Positions 37,893 to 45,370 of a stretch of 45,370 nt of DNA are shown in pieces. The stretch is from an uncultured Candidatus Saccharibacteria bacterium (lineage in GTDB: Bacteria > Patescibacteriota > Minisyncoccia > Phycocordibacterales > SW-6-46-9). A program made the translations under genes and the position numbers. The notes below the pieces were generated by a model. The model did no database searches. It was not told where the DNA came from and saw nothing but the letters and a program-made list of their open reading frames with translations. The stretch's first letter is position 1; each line of letters starts with the position of its first letter. The stretch covers positions 2,945 to 48,314 of the forward strand of contig CAYVKO010000001.1 of assembly GCA_964452185.1 (NCBI GenBank). Reading direction: 5' to 3'.

Positions 37893-40655
37893 ATGGCAAA
37901 TCCAACATCCAACAACAATGACGGGCAACCACCCTTCAATCGATTCACTGCCAAAGCTCGCGAAGCTATTCGCCGAGCACATGAGTTGGCAGTCGAGCGC
38001 GATCAAAATCACGTAAATCCCAACCATCTCCTGGCTGCGTTGATTCAGCAGGATGAAAGTATTGTTTACTCTATCCTTGAAAAGCTCGAAATCGAAATTC
38101 CGCACTTATCTGATGCTGTTATGGGCACTCTTGATGACCCGACAGGCGGCGACGTGGCTTCATCTTCATCTCCGGCATATCAAATTTACTTAACTCCAGA
38201 GTTAGCCAAAACACTTGAAGCATCAACGCGAATAGCTCAGAATCTTTCTGATGAATTTGTTTCAACAGAACATCTGTTCTTGTCAGTGCTCTCAAACGAT
38301 TCTGACGCAAAGGAAATTCTTCAAGAGTTTGGTATCAAGAAGGATGACGTAATGAAAGTGCTCAAAAAGTTGCGAGAAGATGGCGACACACCATCAAAAC
38401 GCTCTCCTCAAAATCGATCACTAAAGAAGTATACAAGAAGCCTTACTGAAATGGCTCGAGAGAATGAACTTGATCCGGTTATTGGTCGTGATCAAGAAGT
38501 GAACCGAATTATTCAAATTCTTTCTCGACGTACAAAGAACAACCCTATCCTTATCGGTGAAGCGGGGGTTGGAAAAACAGCTATAGCTGAAGGCTTGGCT
38601 CAACGAATGGCCAAAGGAGATGTGCCAGAATCTTTGGAGGAAAAAGAGTTAGTGTCCCTAGACCTTGGTTCGCTTATTGCTGGCACAAAATATCGAGGAG
38701 AATTTGAGCAGCGTCTAAAGAAAATTATGAAAGAGATAGAAAACTCTGAAGGGGATGTAATTATGTTTGTTGATGAAATTCATACGATTGTAGGAGCAGG
38801 TGCTGCTGAAGGAGCTATGGATGCATCCAATATGCTTAAACCTGCACTAGCTCGAGGAAAACTCCGTGCTATTGGTGCGACAACTTTAAATGAGTACCAA
38901 AAACATATAGAAAAAGACCCAGCTCTTACTCGGCGCTTCCAGCCGGTTCACGTAGAAGAGCCGTCTATAGAGGATACTGTGGCTATCCTTCGTGGTCTTA
39001 AAGAGAAATACGAACTCTTCCATGGTGTAAAAATTCTTGATGAAGCCGTTGTAGCTGCAGCTGACCTTTCAAGCCGATATATTGCAGATCGATTCTTGCC
39101 AGACAAGGCGGTAGACTTGATTGACGAAGCGTGTTCTGCGCTACGAATGGAGCTTGAAGATAAACCTAAAGAGCTTGAAGAGGCACATCGTAAGATTACT
39201 CGCCTGGAAATCGAAAAAGAGGCTCTTACAAAAGAGGTATCTGATGAAGAAGACCCTGATGAAGAAGTAGTGGAGAGAATTGATGATATAGATAGAAAAA
39301 TTGCTGAACTCAAAGAGGAAACTTCCGAGCTTGAACTTAAGTGGAGAAATGAAAAAGAGACGCTTAATGCTATTAAGGATCTTAAGCAAAAAATTGAAAA
39401 ACTTCGTGTTGAGGCTGAAAATACTGAAGCAGAGGCTGACCTTGGGCGAGCAGCTGAAATCCGCTATGGAGAGATGCCTCGACTAAAAGAGGAGTTGGAA
39501 GAGAAGCAAGAACGTCTTAAGGAGCTCCAATCTAATCGGCGTATTCTAAAAGAGGAGGTAACAGAACGTGATGTTGCTGAAGTGGTATCAGACTGGACAG
39601 GAATTCCGGTTAGTCGGATGCTTGAAGAGGAAGCTGAAAAACTATCCCGAATGGAGGAAACACTACAAGAGCGAGTGGTTGGTCAAGACGAGGCTGTAGA
39701 GAAGATATCTAACGCAGTAAAACGATCTCGGGTTGGTATTGCTGATCCGGAACGACCAATCGGTTCCTTTATGTTCCTTGGTCCAACTGGTGTTGGCAAA
39801 ACTGAGCTAACAAAGACGCTTGCTGAATTCATGTTTGATGATGAAGAGGCGCTCATTCGAGTAGATATGTCTGAGTATATGGAGCGTCACTCTGTCTCCA
39901 AGATGGTTGGTGCTCCGGCCGGATACGTGGGGCACGATGAATCAGGTAACCTCACTGAGAAAGTACGTCACCGTCCATACTCCGTCATTCTCTTTGATGA
40001 AATCGAAAAAGCACACCCTGATGTATTCAACATCCTGCTTCAGGTACTGGACAATGGTCACTTGACCGACTCAAAAGGGAGGAAGGTCAACTTCAAGAAC
40101 ACAATAATTGTACTTACTTCAAATGTGGGTGCTCAACACATCGACAAGATGAAGACGCTCGGATTTAGCCAAGGCGATGAAATGGATGAATATGAACAGG
40201 CTAAGGATAAAGTGCGTGACGAACTAAAAGATGAATTCCGCCCTGAGTTCTTAAACCGCTTAGATGACGTTATCATCTTCAACGTACTATCTGAAGAAGC
40301 GGTTCGTGAAATTGTAAGCATTCAGATGGAAGAAGTTCTTGAGCGTCTAGAAAAGAAGGATCTTACGCTCGAAATTGCTGATCCAGTTTACGACTATCTG
40401 GCTGAGGAAGGATATAATCCTCAGTACGGAGCTCGACCACTCAACCGAGTTATCCAAAACCAGATACTCACACCTGTAGCTAACTTGATGGTAGAACGAG
40501 GTGTGTTTGAGGGTGGTGAGGTACGAGTAGAAATGGAGGATGGAGAACTAAACTTTGAGGTGACCAAAAAAGGAGAAGCTCCACCTCTCGAAGAAGCTAT
40601 TCCTGAGGCTTCAGACCTCAAAGAGCCAGCCGAACCAGCAGGAGCTACCACTTAA
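37893..40655 (+). CDS. clpB: ATP-dependent chaperone ClpB
   Basis: Clp N repeats; GEAGVGKT and GPTGVGKT Walker A motifs; long coiled-coil M domain (AAEIRYG); YGARPL. Confidence 0.95.
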   Translation: MANPTSNNNDGQPPFNRFTAKAREAIRRAHELAVERDQNHVNPNHLLAALIQQDESIVYSILEKLEIEIPHLSDAVMGTLDDPTGGDVASSSSPAYQIYLTPELAKTLEASTRIAQNLSDEFVSTEHLFLSVLSNDSDAKEILQEFGIKKDDVMKVLKKLREDGDTPSKRSPQNRSLKKYTRSLTEMARENELDPVIGRDQEVNRIIQILSRRTKNNPILIGEAGVGKTAIAEGLAQRMAKGDVPESLEEKELVSLDLGSLIAGTKYRGEFEQRLKKIMKEIENSEGDVIMFVDEIHTIVGAGAAEGAMDASNMLKPALARGKLRAIGATTLNEYQKHIEKDPALTRRFQPVHVEEPSIEDTVAILRGLKEKYELFHGVKILDEAVVAAADLSSRYIADRFLPDKAVDLIDEACSALRMELEDKPKELEEAHRKITRLEIEKEALTKEVSDEEDPDEEVVERIDDIDRKIAELKEETSELELKWRNEKETLNAIKDLKQKIEKLRVEAENTEAEADLGRAAEIRYGEMPRLKEELEEKQERLKELQSNRRILKEEVTERDVAEVVSDWTGIPVSRMLEEEAEKLSRMEETLQERVVGQDEAVEKISNAVKRSRVGIADPERPIGSFMFLGPTGVGKTELTKTLAEFMFDDEEALIRVDMSEYMERHSVSKMVGAPAGYVGHDESGNLTEKVRHRPYSVILFDEIEKAHPDVFNILLQVLDNGHLTDSKGRKVNFKNTIIVLTSNVGAQHIDKMKTLGFSQGDEMDEYEQAKDKVRDELKDEFRPEFLNRLDDVIIFNVLSEEAVREIVSIQMEEVLERLEKKDLTLEIADPVYDYLAEEGYNPQYGARPLNRVIQNQILTPVANLMVERGVFEGGEVRVEMEDGELNFEVTKKGEAPPLEEAIPEASDLKEPAEPAGATT

Positions 40656-40696
40656 GCTCATCAAATAAAAAGACAATTCAAACTAATTAAAGCTTT

Positions 40697-40723
40697 AAGC
40701 AGCGGTTAATTTCCGTTGCTTTT
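40697..40723 (+). terminator. probable rho-independent terminator
   Basis: AAGCAGCGG-7 nt-CCGTTGCTT-TT. Confidence 0.7.
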
Positions 40724-40766
40724 ATATTGCGAAACACGGTCAATCTTGCTATTATTTTACGTGGTT

Positions 40767-40850
40767 GCGTCGGTACCGAAGTGGTCAAACGGGGCAGACT
40801 GTAAATCTGCTGGCTTTATGCCTTCGTAGGTTCAAGTCCTACCCGGCGCA
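40767..40850 (+). tRNA. tRNA-Tyr(GUA)
   Basis: GCGTCGG/CCGGCGC-A; GCAGA-CTGTAAA-TCTGC; long variable arm; TGCTATTAT promoter upstream. Confidence 0.95.
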
Positions 40851-40852
40851 CA

Positions 40853-41034
40853 GCCTACAGACCTTATTAAGATTAAGCGAAGCTGGAGAACATGCATTTA
40901 TGCATGTTCATGTGGACTTGAAAGCCGCAGACATATCTGAGTTTCAGCTATGCTGAAGGCGAAGATGTCGAGGTGGGGTCGAGAAAAATTCTCGTCAGAG
41001 AATTTATTCGTGACCAAGTCCTACCCGGCGCACA
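40853..41034 (+). mobile_element. tRNA-Tyr-anchored short structured element ending in a copy of the tRNA 3' end
   Basis: CAAGTCCTACCCGGCGCACA at 40833-40852 is repeated exactly at 41015-41034; 162-nt spacer with three hairpins; mobility inferred. Confidence 0.65.
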
Positions 41035-41101
41035 CTTCAACAGATTCAGTGCGAACACCTCGACAAACTCAGTGTAAAAACTTCGGCTAGTTCGGTGTGG
41101 G
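41033..41101 (+). repeat. three degenerate tandem REP-like units, 23-bp period
   Basis: CACTTCAACAGATTCAGTG (41033), CACCTCGACAAACTCAGTG (41056), AACTTCGGCTAGTTCGGTG (41079). Confidence 0.75.
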
Positions 41102-41151
41102 TAGTGTTAACTCCTGAAGAATTCGGCATTTTTGCTATACTTCAACTGGTT

Positions 41152-41223
41152 GGGCCCATAGTTTAACTGGCAAAATGGCGGTCTCCAAAACCGCAGCTTG
41201 AGGTTCAAATCCTCATGGGCCCG
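41152..41223 (+). tRNA. tRNA-Trp(CCA)
   Basis: GGGCCCA/TGGGCCC-G; GCGGT-CTCCAAA-ACCGC; GGTTCAAATCC; TGCTATACT promoter upstream. Confidence 0.95.
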
Positions 41224-41324
41224 CAGCGAACAAGAGCGTGAAAATACCGTTATTGTAAAATCGCAATGTCAATATATACTGTACCTAGTAACCGTCGATC
41301 TTTCCTAATTTATGAGGTGCCATT

Positions 41325-41552
41325 ATGGAACCCAATCGAGAAGACGGTTTCCTGGTTCGAGTAATTCCAACCAAAACCGGCTTGCCTGACACTGAAACTG
41401 CTGAAGATTTAGAGAGTGCGAAAGAAACAGCTGTTCGAATTTACAAGGGCAGACACAAGAAGGGCGTATCGTACGCTCATATTTACTCTGACGGTAAGAG
41501 AGTCTTCCGGGCTCAAATCAAGAAAGGAAATCTAAAAGAAATAAGCACCTAA
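41325..41552 (+). CDS. small hypothetical protein (75 aa)
   Basis: GAGGT Shine-Dalgarno-like sequence upstream; ends at a terminator hairpin. Confidence 0.65.
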   Translation: MEPNREDGFLVRVIPTKTGLPDTETAEDLESAKETAVRIYKGRHKKGVSYAHIYSDGKRVFRAQIKKGNLKEIST

Positions 41553-42484
41553 ACACCCACCGATTTAGCTGTGGGTGTTTTTTTGTTGGTAAAGTCGTTA
41601 ACTACATCCATGATTTTGTTGGTTTCGTCAGGGTTAAACCAACGTATGCGCTCATCTTTTTGAAACCAGGTACGTTGGCGTTTAGCGTACTGCCAGTCAC
41701 CTTGCACGATTCTTTCAAATAAAGACTCTTTATCAATCTTTTTTTCTAGATAGTCAGCAAGATGTTTATATTCAAGTCCAAGTTCTCGCATACGATCTAA
41801 GGATAACCCGTCGCTGTGTAGTTTTTTGGCTTCTGAAACCATTCCTTGGTCAAACCGTTCTTTTGTGCGTTTAATAATATTTTGTTTCAACTTTTTGTCT
41901 GGCAGTTGGAGACCGATTTGCAGGGTGTCAAAGCGCTCTCTTTTTTCTAGTTTTGGTACTTTTCCAAGTGCTTCTACGATCTCTAAAGCGCGAATGAGCC
42001 GGCGTGGGTTATTTTCGTCAATTTCTTCAGCCCGCCTCGGGTCTTTCTTTTGCAGTTCGGCAAACAAGTCCGCTGTGCTTCGTTCTCGTAACTTTTCTCG
42101 GAGTGTCTCGTTAGGTGGAACATCAGGGAAAACTAAATCGTCAATAACTGCCTGAATGTAGAAACCTGAGCCCCCACAAAGAATTGGCAATTTATTTCGT
42201 TCATGAGTTTTTTGAATGCGTTTATCAGCCAACTCTTTGTAGTTGTATACACTAAACTCCTCATCAGGGTCTGCTACATTCAGCAGGTGATGAGGAACAC
42301 CTTGCATTTGTTCTTGTGTTATTTTACCTGTTGCTATATTGAGTCTGCGGTACACTTGCCGACTGTCAGCGGAAATAACTTCACCATCTTTTTTTCGTCC
42401 TATCTTTACAGACAAAGAGCTTTTTCCTACAGCTGTAGGGCCGACAATAGCAAGCAGCTGTTTTTTGTTGTTTGACGAACTCAT
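41549..42484 (-). CDS. miaA: tRNA dimethylallyltransferase
   Basis: GPTAVGKS, SADSRQVY, PHHL, GGSGFY and YAKRQRTWF motifs. Confidence 0.97.
   Translation of the reverse strand: MSSSNNKKQLLAIVGPTAVGKSSLSVKIGRKKDGEVISADSRQVYRRLNIATGKITQEQMQGVPHHLLNVADPDEEFSVYNYKELADKRIQKTHERNKLPILCGGSGFYIQAVIDDLVFPDVPPNETLREKLRERSTADLFAELQKKDPRRAEEIDENNPRRLIRALEIVEALGKVPKLEKRERFDTLQIGLQLPDKKLKQNIIKRTKERFDQGMVSEAKKLHSDGLSLDRMRELGLEYKHLADYLEKKIDKESLFERIVQGDWQYAKRQRTWFQKDERIRWFNPDETNKIMDVVNDFTNKKTPTAKSVGV
41551..41584 (+). terminator. terminator hairpin between convergent genes
   Basis: AAACACCCAC-10 nt-GTGGGTGTTT plus TTTT, overlapping the last codons of miaA. Confidence 0.75.
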
Positions 42485-42495
42485 AGTGTTAGCGC

Positions 42496-44022
42496 TTAAA
42501 TTCCGCTAATGATTTCAATATCAGCTCCGATGGAGTTTAGGCGGTTAGCTACGTCTTCATACCCACGGTGAATGGAGTGAACGTTTCGTAGAATTGACTG
42601 ACCGTCGGCTGCTAGCATAGCTATGAGGATGATCATTGAAGGTCGAAGTGCTGGAGGGCAAACAATCTGAGCTGCTTCCAGCTCGGTCGGGCCGTCAATG
42701 AAGACACGATGCGGGTCAGCCAGTTTAATCTCTGCACCCAAACGGTTCAGTTCAGTAAAGTAGATGGCGCGGTTCTCCCACATCCAGTCGAGAATGTTGG
42801 TTGTGCCTTTGGCTTTCGTTGCAATAGGCACAAAGAAAGGAAGGTTGTCCGTGTTAATGCCCGGATAGGGAAGGGCATGTAACTTAACGTTAAGAGCATG
42901 CAAGTCAGACGGGTGGATAGTAAGGTCCACCAAGTCTGTCCGTCCGTTTTTGCTTTTATAACTATCACTCCTGTCAATTTCTGCTCCCATTGACTCTAGC
43001 TTTAAAAGCTCAAGTTTCAGAAAGTCAATCGGGCAACGGGTTATCGTTAGCTTGGAATTCGTTGTGAGTGCTGCGCTGATAAACATCATTGACTCAATTG
43101 GATCCTCGCTGTTGTGGTGTTCTACGTCTTTCTCTATTGATTCTGTTCCGTGTATCGTAAGCTGATGTGTACCGATACCTTCAATTTCTACTCCTAGTTC
43201 TTCAAGAAAGAAACAGACATCCTGTACCTGGTAGTTTGGGGTAGCGAAGGACACAGTGGTAGTTCCAGGGCTCAAAGCCGCACACAAGAGCGCATTAATA
43301 GTAGCTGTATCGCTTGCTTCATACATTACTATCTCTTCTTCGGGGGTGTGCATGTTACCGGCTTTGATCTCGTAGTGATCTTCTTTGGTTGTGATTTCCA
43401 TCCCGAAAGACTCGAATACGTGATCATGGGCTGAGGTAGTGCGTTCTCCCATTTTGCACCCGCCGGCGTGTGGGATATTAAAAGTGTCTTTCTTGTGGGC
43501 AAGTGGTCCGATCATCATCAGTACAGACCGAGTTTTTCGAGCTGTTTGGTCGTCCATGTTACTCAAGTCGAAGGTTTCCGGTGGCTGAATTCGTAGGGAG
43601 TTAGTGTCTACCCACTCGACTTCAACATTGATGCTTTCGAGTATATCGATAATTCGATACACTGCTTCAATTTTGGCTATTCCGTGCAGAGTTGTCGTGC
43701 CTTTATTTAATAAAGCGGCACACATCAAAGCCACTGATCCGTTTTTGGAGGTATTGGTTTCTATCTCTCCGGATAGCTTTGCAGGTCCGTTAATTTTAAA
43801 GTCCAAAGATTCGTCAGATAGCGAAAGAACTCGACGATTCAGGGCTTCGCTAATCGTGTCCAGTTTATTTGTGGTAAGGTTTTGTTTACCGGCTTCAATA
43901 CGAGCTACGGCACTTTGAGAGGTGTCTAATACTTCAGAAAATTCTTTCTGAGTTAGCCCGCGTCGTTGACGTAGTTTTTTTATGAAGTGACCAATTTTTT
44001 TCTGTGAAGTTTCTTTATTCAT
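42496..44022 (-). CDS. murA: UDP-N-acetylglucosamine 1-carboxyvinyltransferase with N-terminal XRE helix-turn-helix
   Basis: LRQRRGLTQKEFSEVLDTSQSAVARIEAG HTH; SKN (Lys22 equivalent), GGCKMGER (Cys115 equivalent), PYPGINTD, WENR and RGYE motifs. Confidence 0.94.
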   Translation of the reverse strand: MNKETSQKKIGHFIKKLRQRRGLTQKEFSEVLDTSQSAVARIEAGKQNLTTNKLDTISEALNRRVLSLSDESLDFKINGPAKLSGEIETNTSKNGSVALMCAALLNKGTTTLHGIAKIEAVYRIIDILESINVEVEWVDTNSLRIQPPETFDLSNMDDQTARKTRSVLMMIGPLAHKKDTFNIPHAGGCKMGERTTSAHDHVFESFGMEITTKEDHYEIKAGNMHTPEEEIVMYEASDTATINALLCAALSPGTTTVSFATPNYQVQDVCFFLEELGVEIEGIGTHQLTIHGTESIEKDVEHHNSEDPIESMMFISAALTTNSKLTITRCPIDFLKLELLKLESMGAEIDRSDSYKSKNGRTDLVDLTIHPSDLHALNVKLHALPYPGINTDNLPFFVPIATKAKGTTNILDWMWENRAIYFTELNRLGAEIKLADPHRVFIDGPTELEAAQIVCPPALRPSMIILIAMLAADGQSILRNVHSIHRGYEDVANRLNSIGADIEIISGI

Positions 44023-44047
44023 GATATTTGTGATTATTCACAACTAA

Positions 44048-44067
44048 ATATATCATATGTGATATAT
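44048..44067. promoter_or_regulatory. candidate operator between divergent murA and murB
   Basis: ATATATCA-TATG-TGATATAT perfect 8-bp arms, overlapping TATAAT at 44065-44070. Confidence 0.6.
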
Positions 44068-44079
44068 AATGTTATACAC

Positions 44080-45102
44080 ATGAGTAAATCAACACCCAAA
44101 TCGAATGCTTCTCTTAATAAATATTCCAAATTTGGTATAGGAGGTACGGCAAAACACTTTGCGAAATTAACTAAAAAGAATGATGTGTCTGGCCTGAGTG
44201 ACTTTGCCCGCAAAAAAGACGTACCGCTTACGGTAATCGGTGAAGGTTCAAATACTGTTTTTTCTGGAGCCAAAATAAATCGTTTGATTGTAAAAAATGA
44301 GCTGAAGGGCGTGGATGCGTACAAGGAAGGTGGCAGTGTGAAAGTAAAAATACAGGCGGGTGAGAACTGGGATGATGTTGTCTCATGGTCTGTTCGGAAC
44401 GGCTTTTCTGGTTTGGAAGCTTTGAGTGCAATACCTGGCTCTGTAGGAGCTGCACCGATACAGAATATCGGGGCCTATGGGAGCCAACTATCTGATGTGC
44501 TTTCACAGCTGGAAGTATTTGATACGAAGACAGATAGCTTTGCTGCGTTGTCTTGTGATCAGTGTGAGTTCGGGTACCGTACCAGCCGTTTTAAGCGCGA
44601 ACCGGGCCGATTTGTAGTGCTTTCGATTACTTTAAATTTGTCTACTAAAGATCCGGAAATGCCGGACTATGAGGATGTAAAAACATACTTTGAAAAAAGA
44701 GGAGTAGAACAACCAACCTTGAACCAAATCAGAGAAGCGATTGTGGAAATTCGATGGGGTAAGCTTCCAAGGCCAACCGAGACCCCTAATTTGGGATCCT
44801 TTTTTAAGAACCCGGTAGTTTCGCGTGATTTTTTTGAAGATGATTTATCTGAGTTTTCCGATATGCCTTACTACGAGTTAGAGAAAGGTATAAAAATACC
44901 GGCCGGGTGGCTTATTGAAGAAGTCGGGTTAAAAGGGAAAGAGTTTGGGTCTGTAGGTGTATATAAAGAAAATGCGCTGGTGTTGGTTAGTAAACAAAGA
45001 GCAGACTTCGCTGATCTGGCAAAAGCAATAGGAGAGATTCGCCACCGAGTTCACAATCAGTTTGGCATTGAACTAGAGCGAGAGCCGCAGATTCTGTGCT
45101 AA
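44080..45102 (+). CDS. murB: UDP-N-acetylmuramate dehydrogenase
   Basis: IGEGSN, IPGSVGAAPIQNIGAYG, FGYRTS.FK, GSFFKNP and LEREP motifs; ATG 44080 preferred. Confidence 0.96.
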   Translation: MSKSTPKSNASLNKYSKFGIGGTAKHFAKLTKKNDVSGLSDFARKKDVPLTVIGEGSNTVFSGAKINRLIVKNELKGVDAYKEGGSVKVKIQAGENWDDVVSWSVRNGFSGLEALSAIPGSVGAAPIQNIGAYGSQLSDVLSQLEVFDTKTDSFAALSCDQCEFGYRTSRFKREPGRFVVLSITLNLSTKDPEMPDYEDVKTYFEKRGVEQPTLNQIREAIVEIRWGKLPRPTETPNLGSFFKNPVVSRDFFEDDLSEFSDMPYYELEKGIKIPAGWLIEEVGLKGKEFGSVGVYKENALVLVSKQRADFADLAKAIGEIRHRVHNQFGIELEREPQILC

Positions 45103-45132
45103 ATATTGTAAGCAAAACAGCCCACACATCCG

Positions 45133-45182
45133 TCTGTTATATAACAGATTAGGGAAAATTATATAATATATTATATAATTTT
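45133..45182. repeat. 16-bp and 28-bp perfect palindromes carrying three RTTATATAAY boxes
   Basis: TCTGTTATATAACAGA (45133-45148) and AAAATTATATAATATATTATATAATTTT (45155-45182). Confidence 0.75.
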
Positions 45183-45229
45183 TTCTATACAGAAAGTATA
45201 CACGTTTTGCTACAAAGTGCTGAGAGTTG

Positions 45230-45311
45230 TGCCGGAGGTGGGAGTCGAACCCACACGCCGTAAGGCACACGATTTTGAGTCGTGCACGTCTACCAGTTCC
45301 GTCACTCCGGC
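45230..45311 (-). tRNA. tRNA-Leu(CAA)
   Basis: GCCGGAG/CTCCGGC-A; CACGA-CTCAAAA-TCGTG; long variable arm. Confidence 0.95.
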
Positions 45312-45370
45312 TTACAGTCATAGATTACCCGTATTAGACGGAATTATCAACATGATTGAAAAGCTTCTTC

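Noticed and set aside
40765-40956. ORF 40765..40956 (also 45073..45321 and 33656..34042)
   Set aside because: These are translations through tRNA genes.
40833-41034. Intact prophage or ICE at tRNA-Tyr (or tRNA-Lys)
   Set aside because: The att-like repeats enclose only 162 and 140 nt with no integrase or phage genes; reported instead as small structured elements.
41033-41101. CRISPR array
   Set aside because: The units are directly tandem at a 23-bp period with no unique spacers of 25-45 nt, and no cas genes are present.
41152-41223. Alternative genetic code (UGA recoding as in Gracilibacteria)
   Set aside because: Core genes are full length under code 11, TGA ends the mreB-like gene at 17324 at a normal length, and this tRNA-Trp has a CCA anticodon.
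496-44506. Numerous 60-170 aa antisense or alternate-frame ORFs in the track
   Set aside because: They are nested in well-supported genes; the Ser/Phe-rich antisense frames are expected shadows of Glu/Asp/Lys-rich coding strands.
45155-45182. Chromosomal dif site
   Set aside because: It is 28 bp but a perfect palindrome with a 4-nt gap between ATAA and TTAT, and lacks the XerD arm TTATGTTAAAT.

Overview
A 45.4-kb chromosomal segment of a small-genome bacterium. Gene content points to Patescibacteria (CPR), probably Parcubacteria: a tandem VirB2-like pilin array after a methyltransferase and solute-binding protein, short IF2, short ProRS, degenerate PriA and tRNA genes without encoded CCA. 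This assignment is inference. The proteins are strongly Asp/Glu-rich, suggesting a hypersaline habitat. About 1.1-7.2 kb is an AT-rich accessory island: HEPN-like protein, MazG-like pyrophosphatase plus GIY-YIG/DUF2075 helicase, membrane-anchored thermonuclease and P-loop kinase. The rest is mostly core: tdk, hpf, fmt, def, priA, two divergent mreB genes, frr, rseP, proS, mreC, mrdA, greA, lysS, six pilins, seven tRNAs, rbfA, infB, iscS, clpB, miaA, HTH-murA and murB. The most unusual signal is a pair of short non-coding structured elements downstream of tRNA-Lys and tRNA-Tyr. They share one architecture, each ending in a 20-nt copy of the host tRNA 3' end that starts at C56 and carrying an internal strand complementary to the host T-arm. 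Both are associated with a 23-nt REP-like unit, inserted singly in one and as a tandem triplet next to the other. All calls come from reading motifs; no database searches were run.
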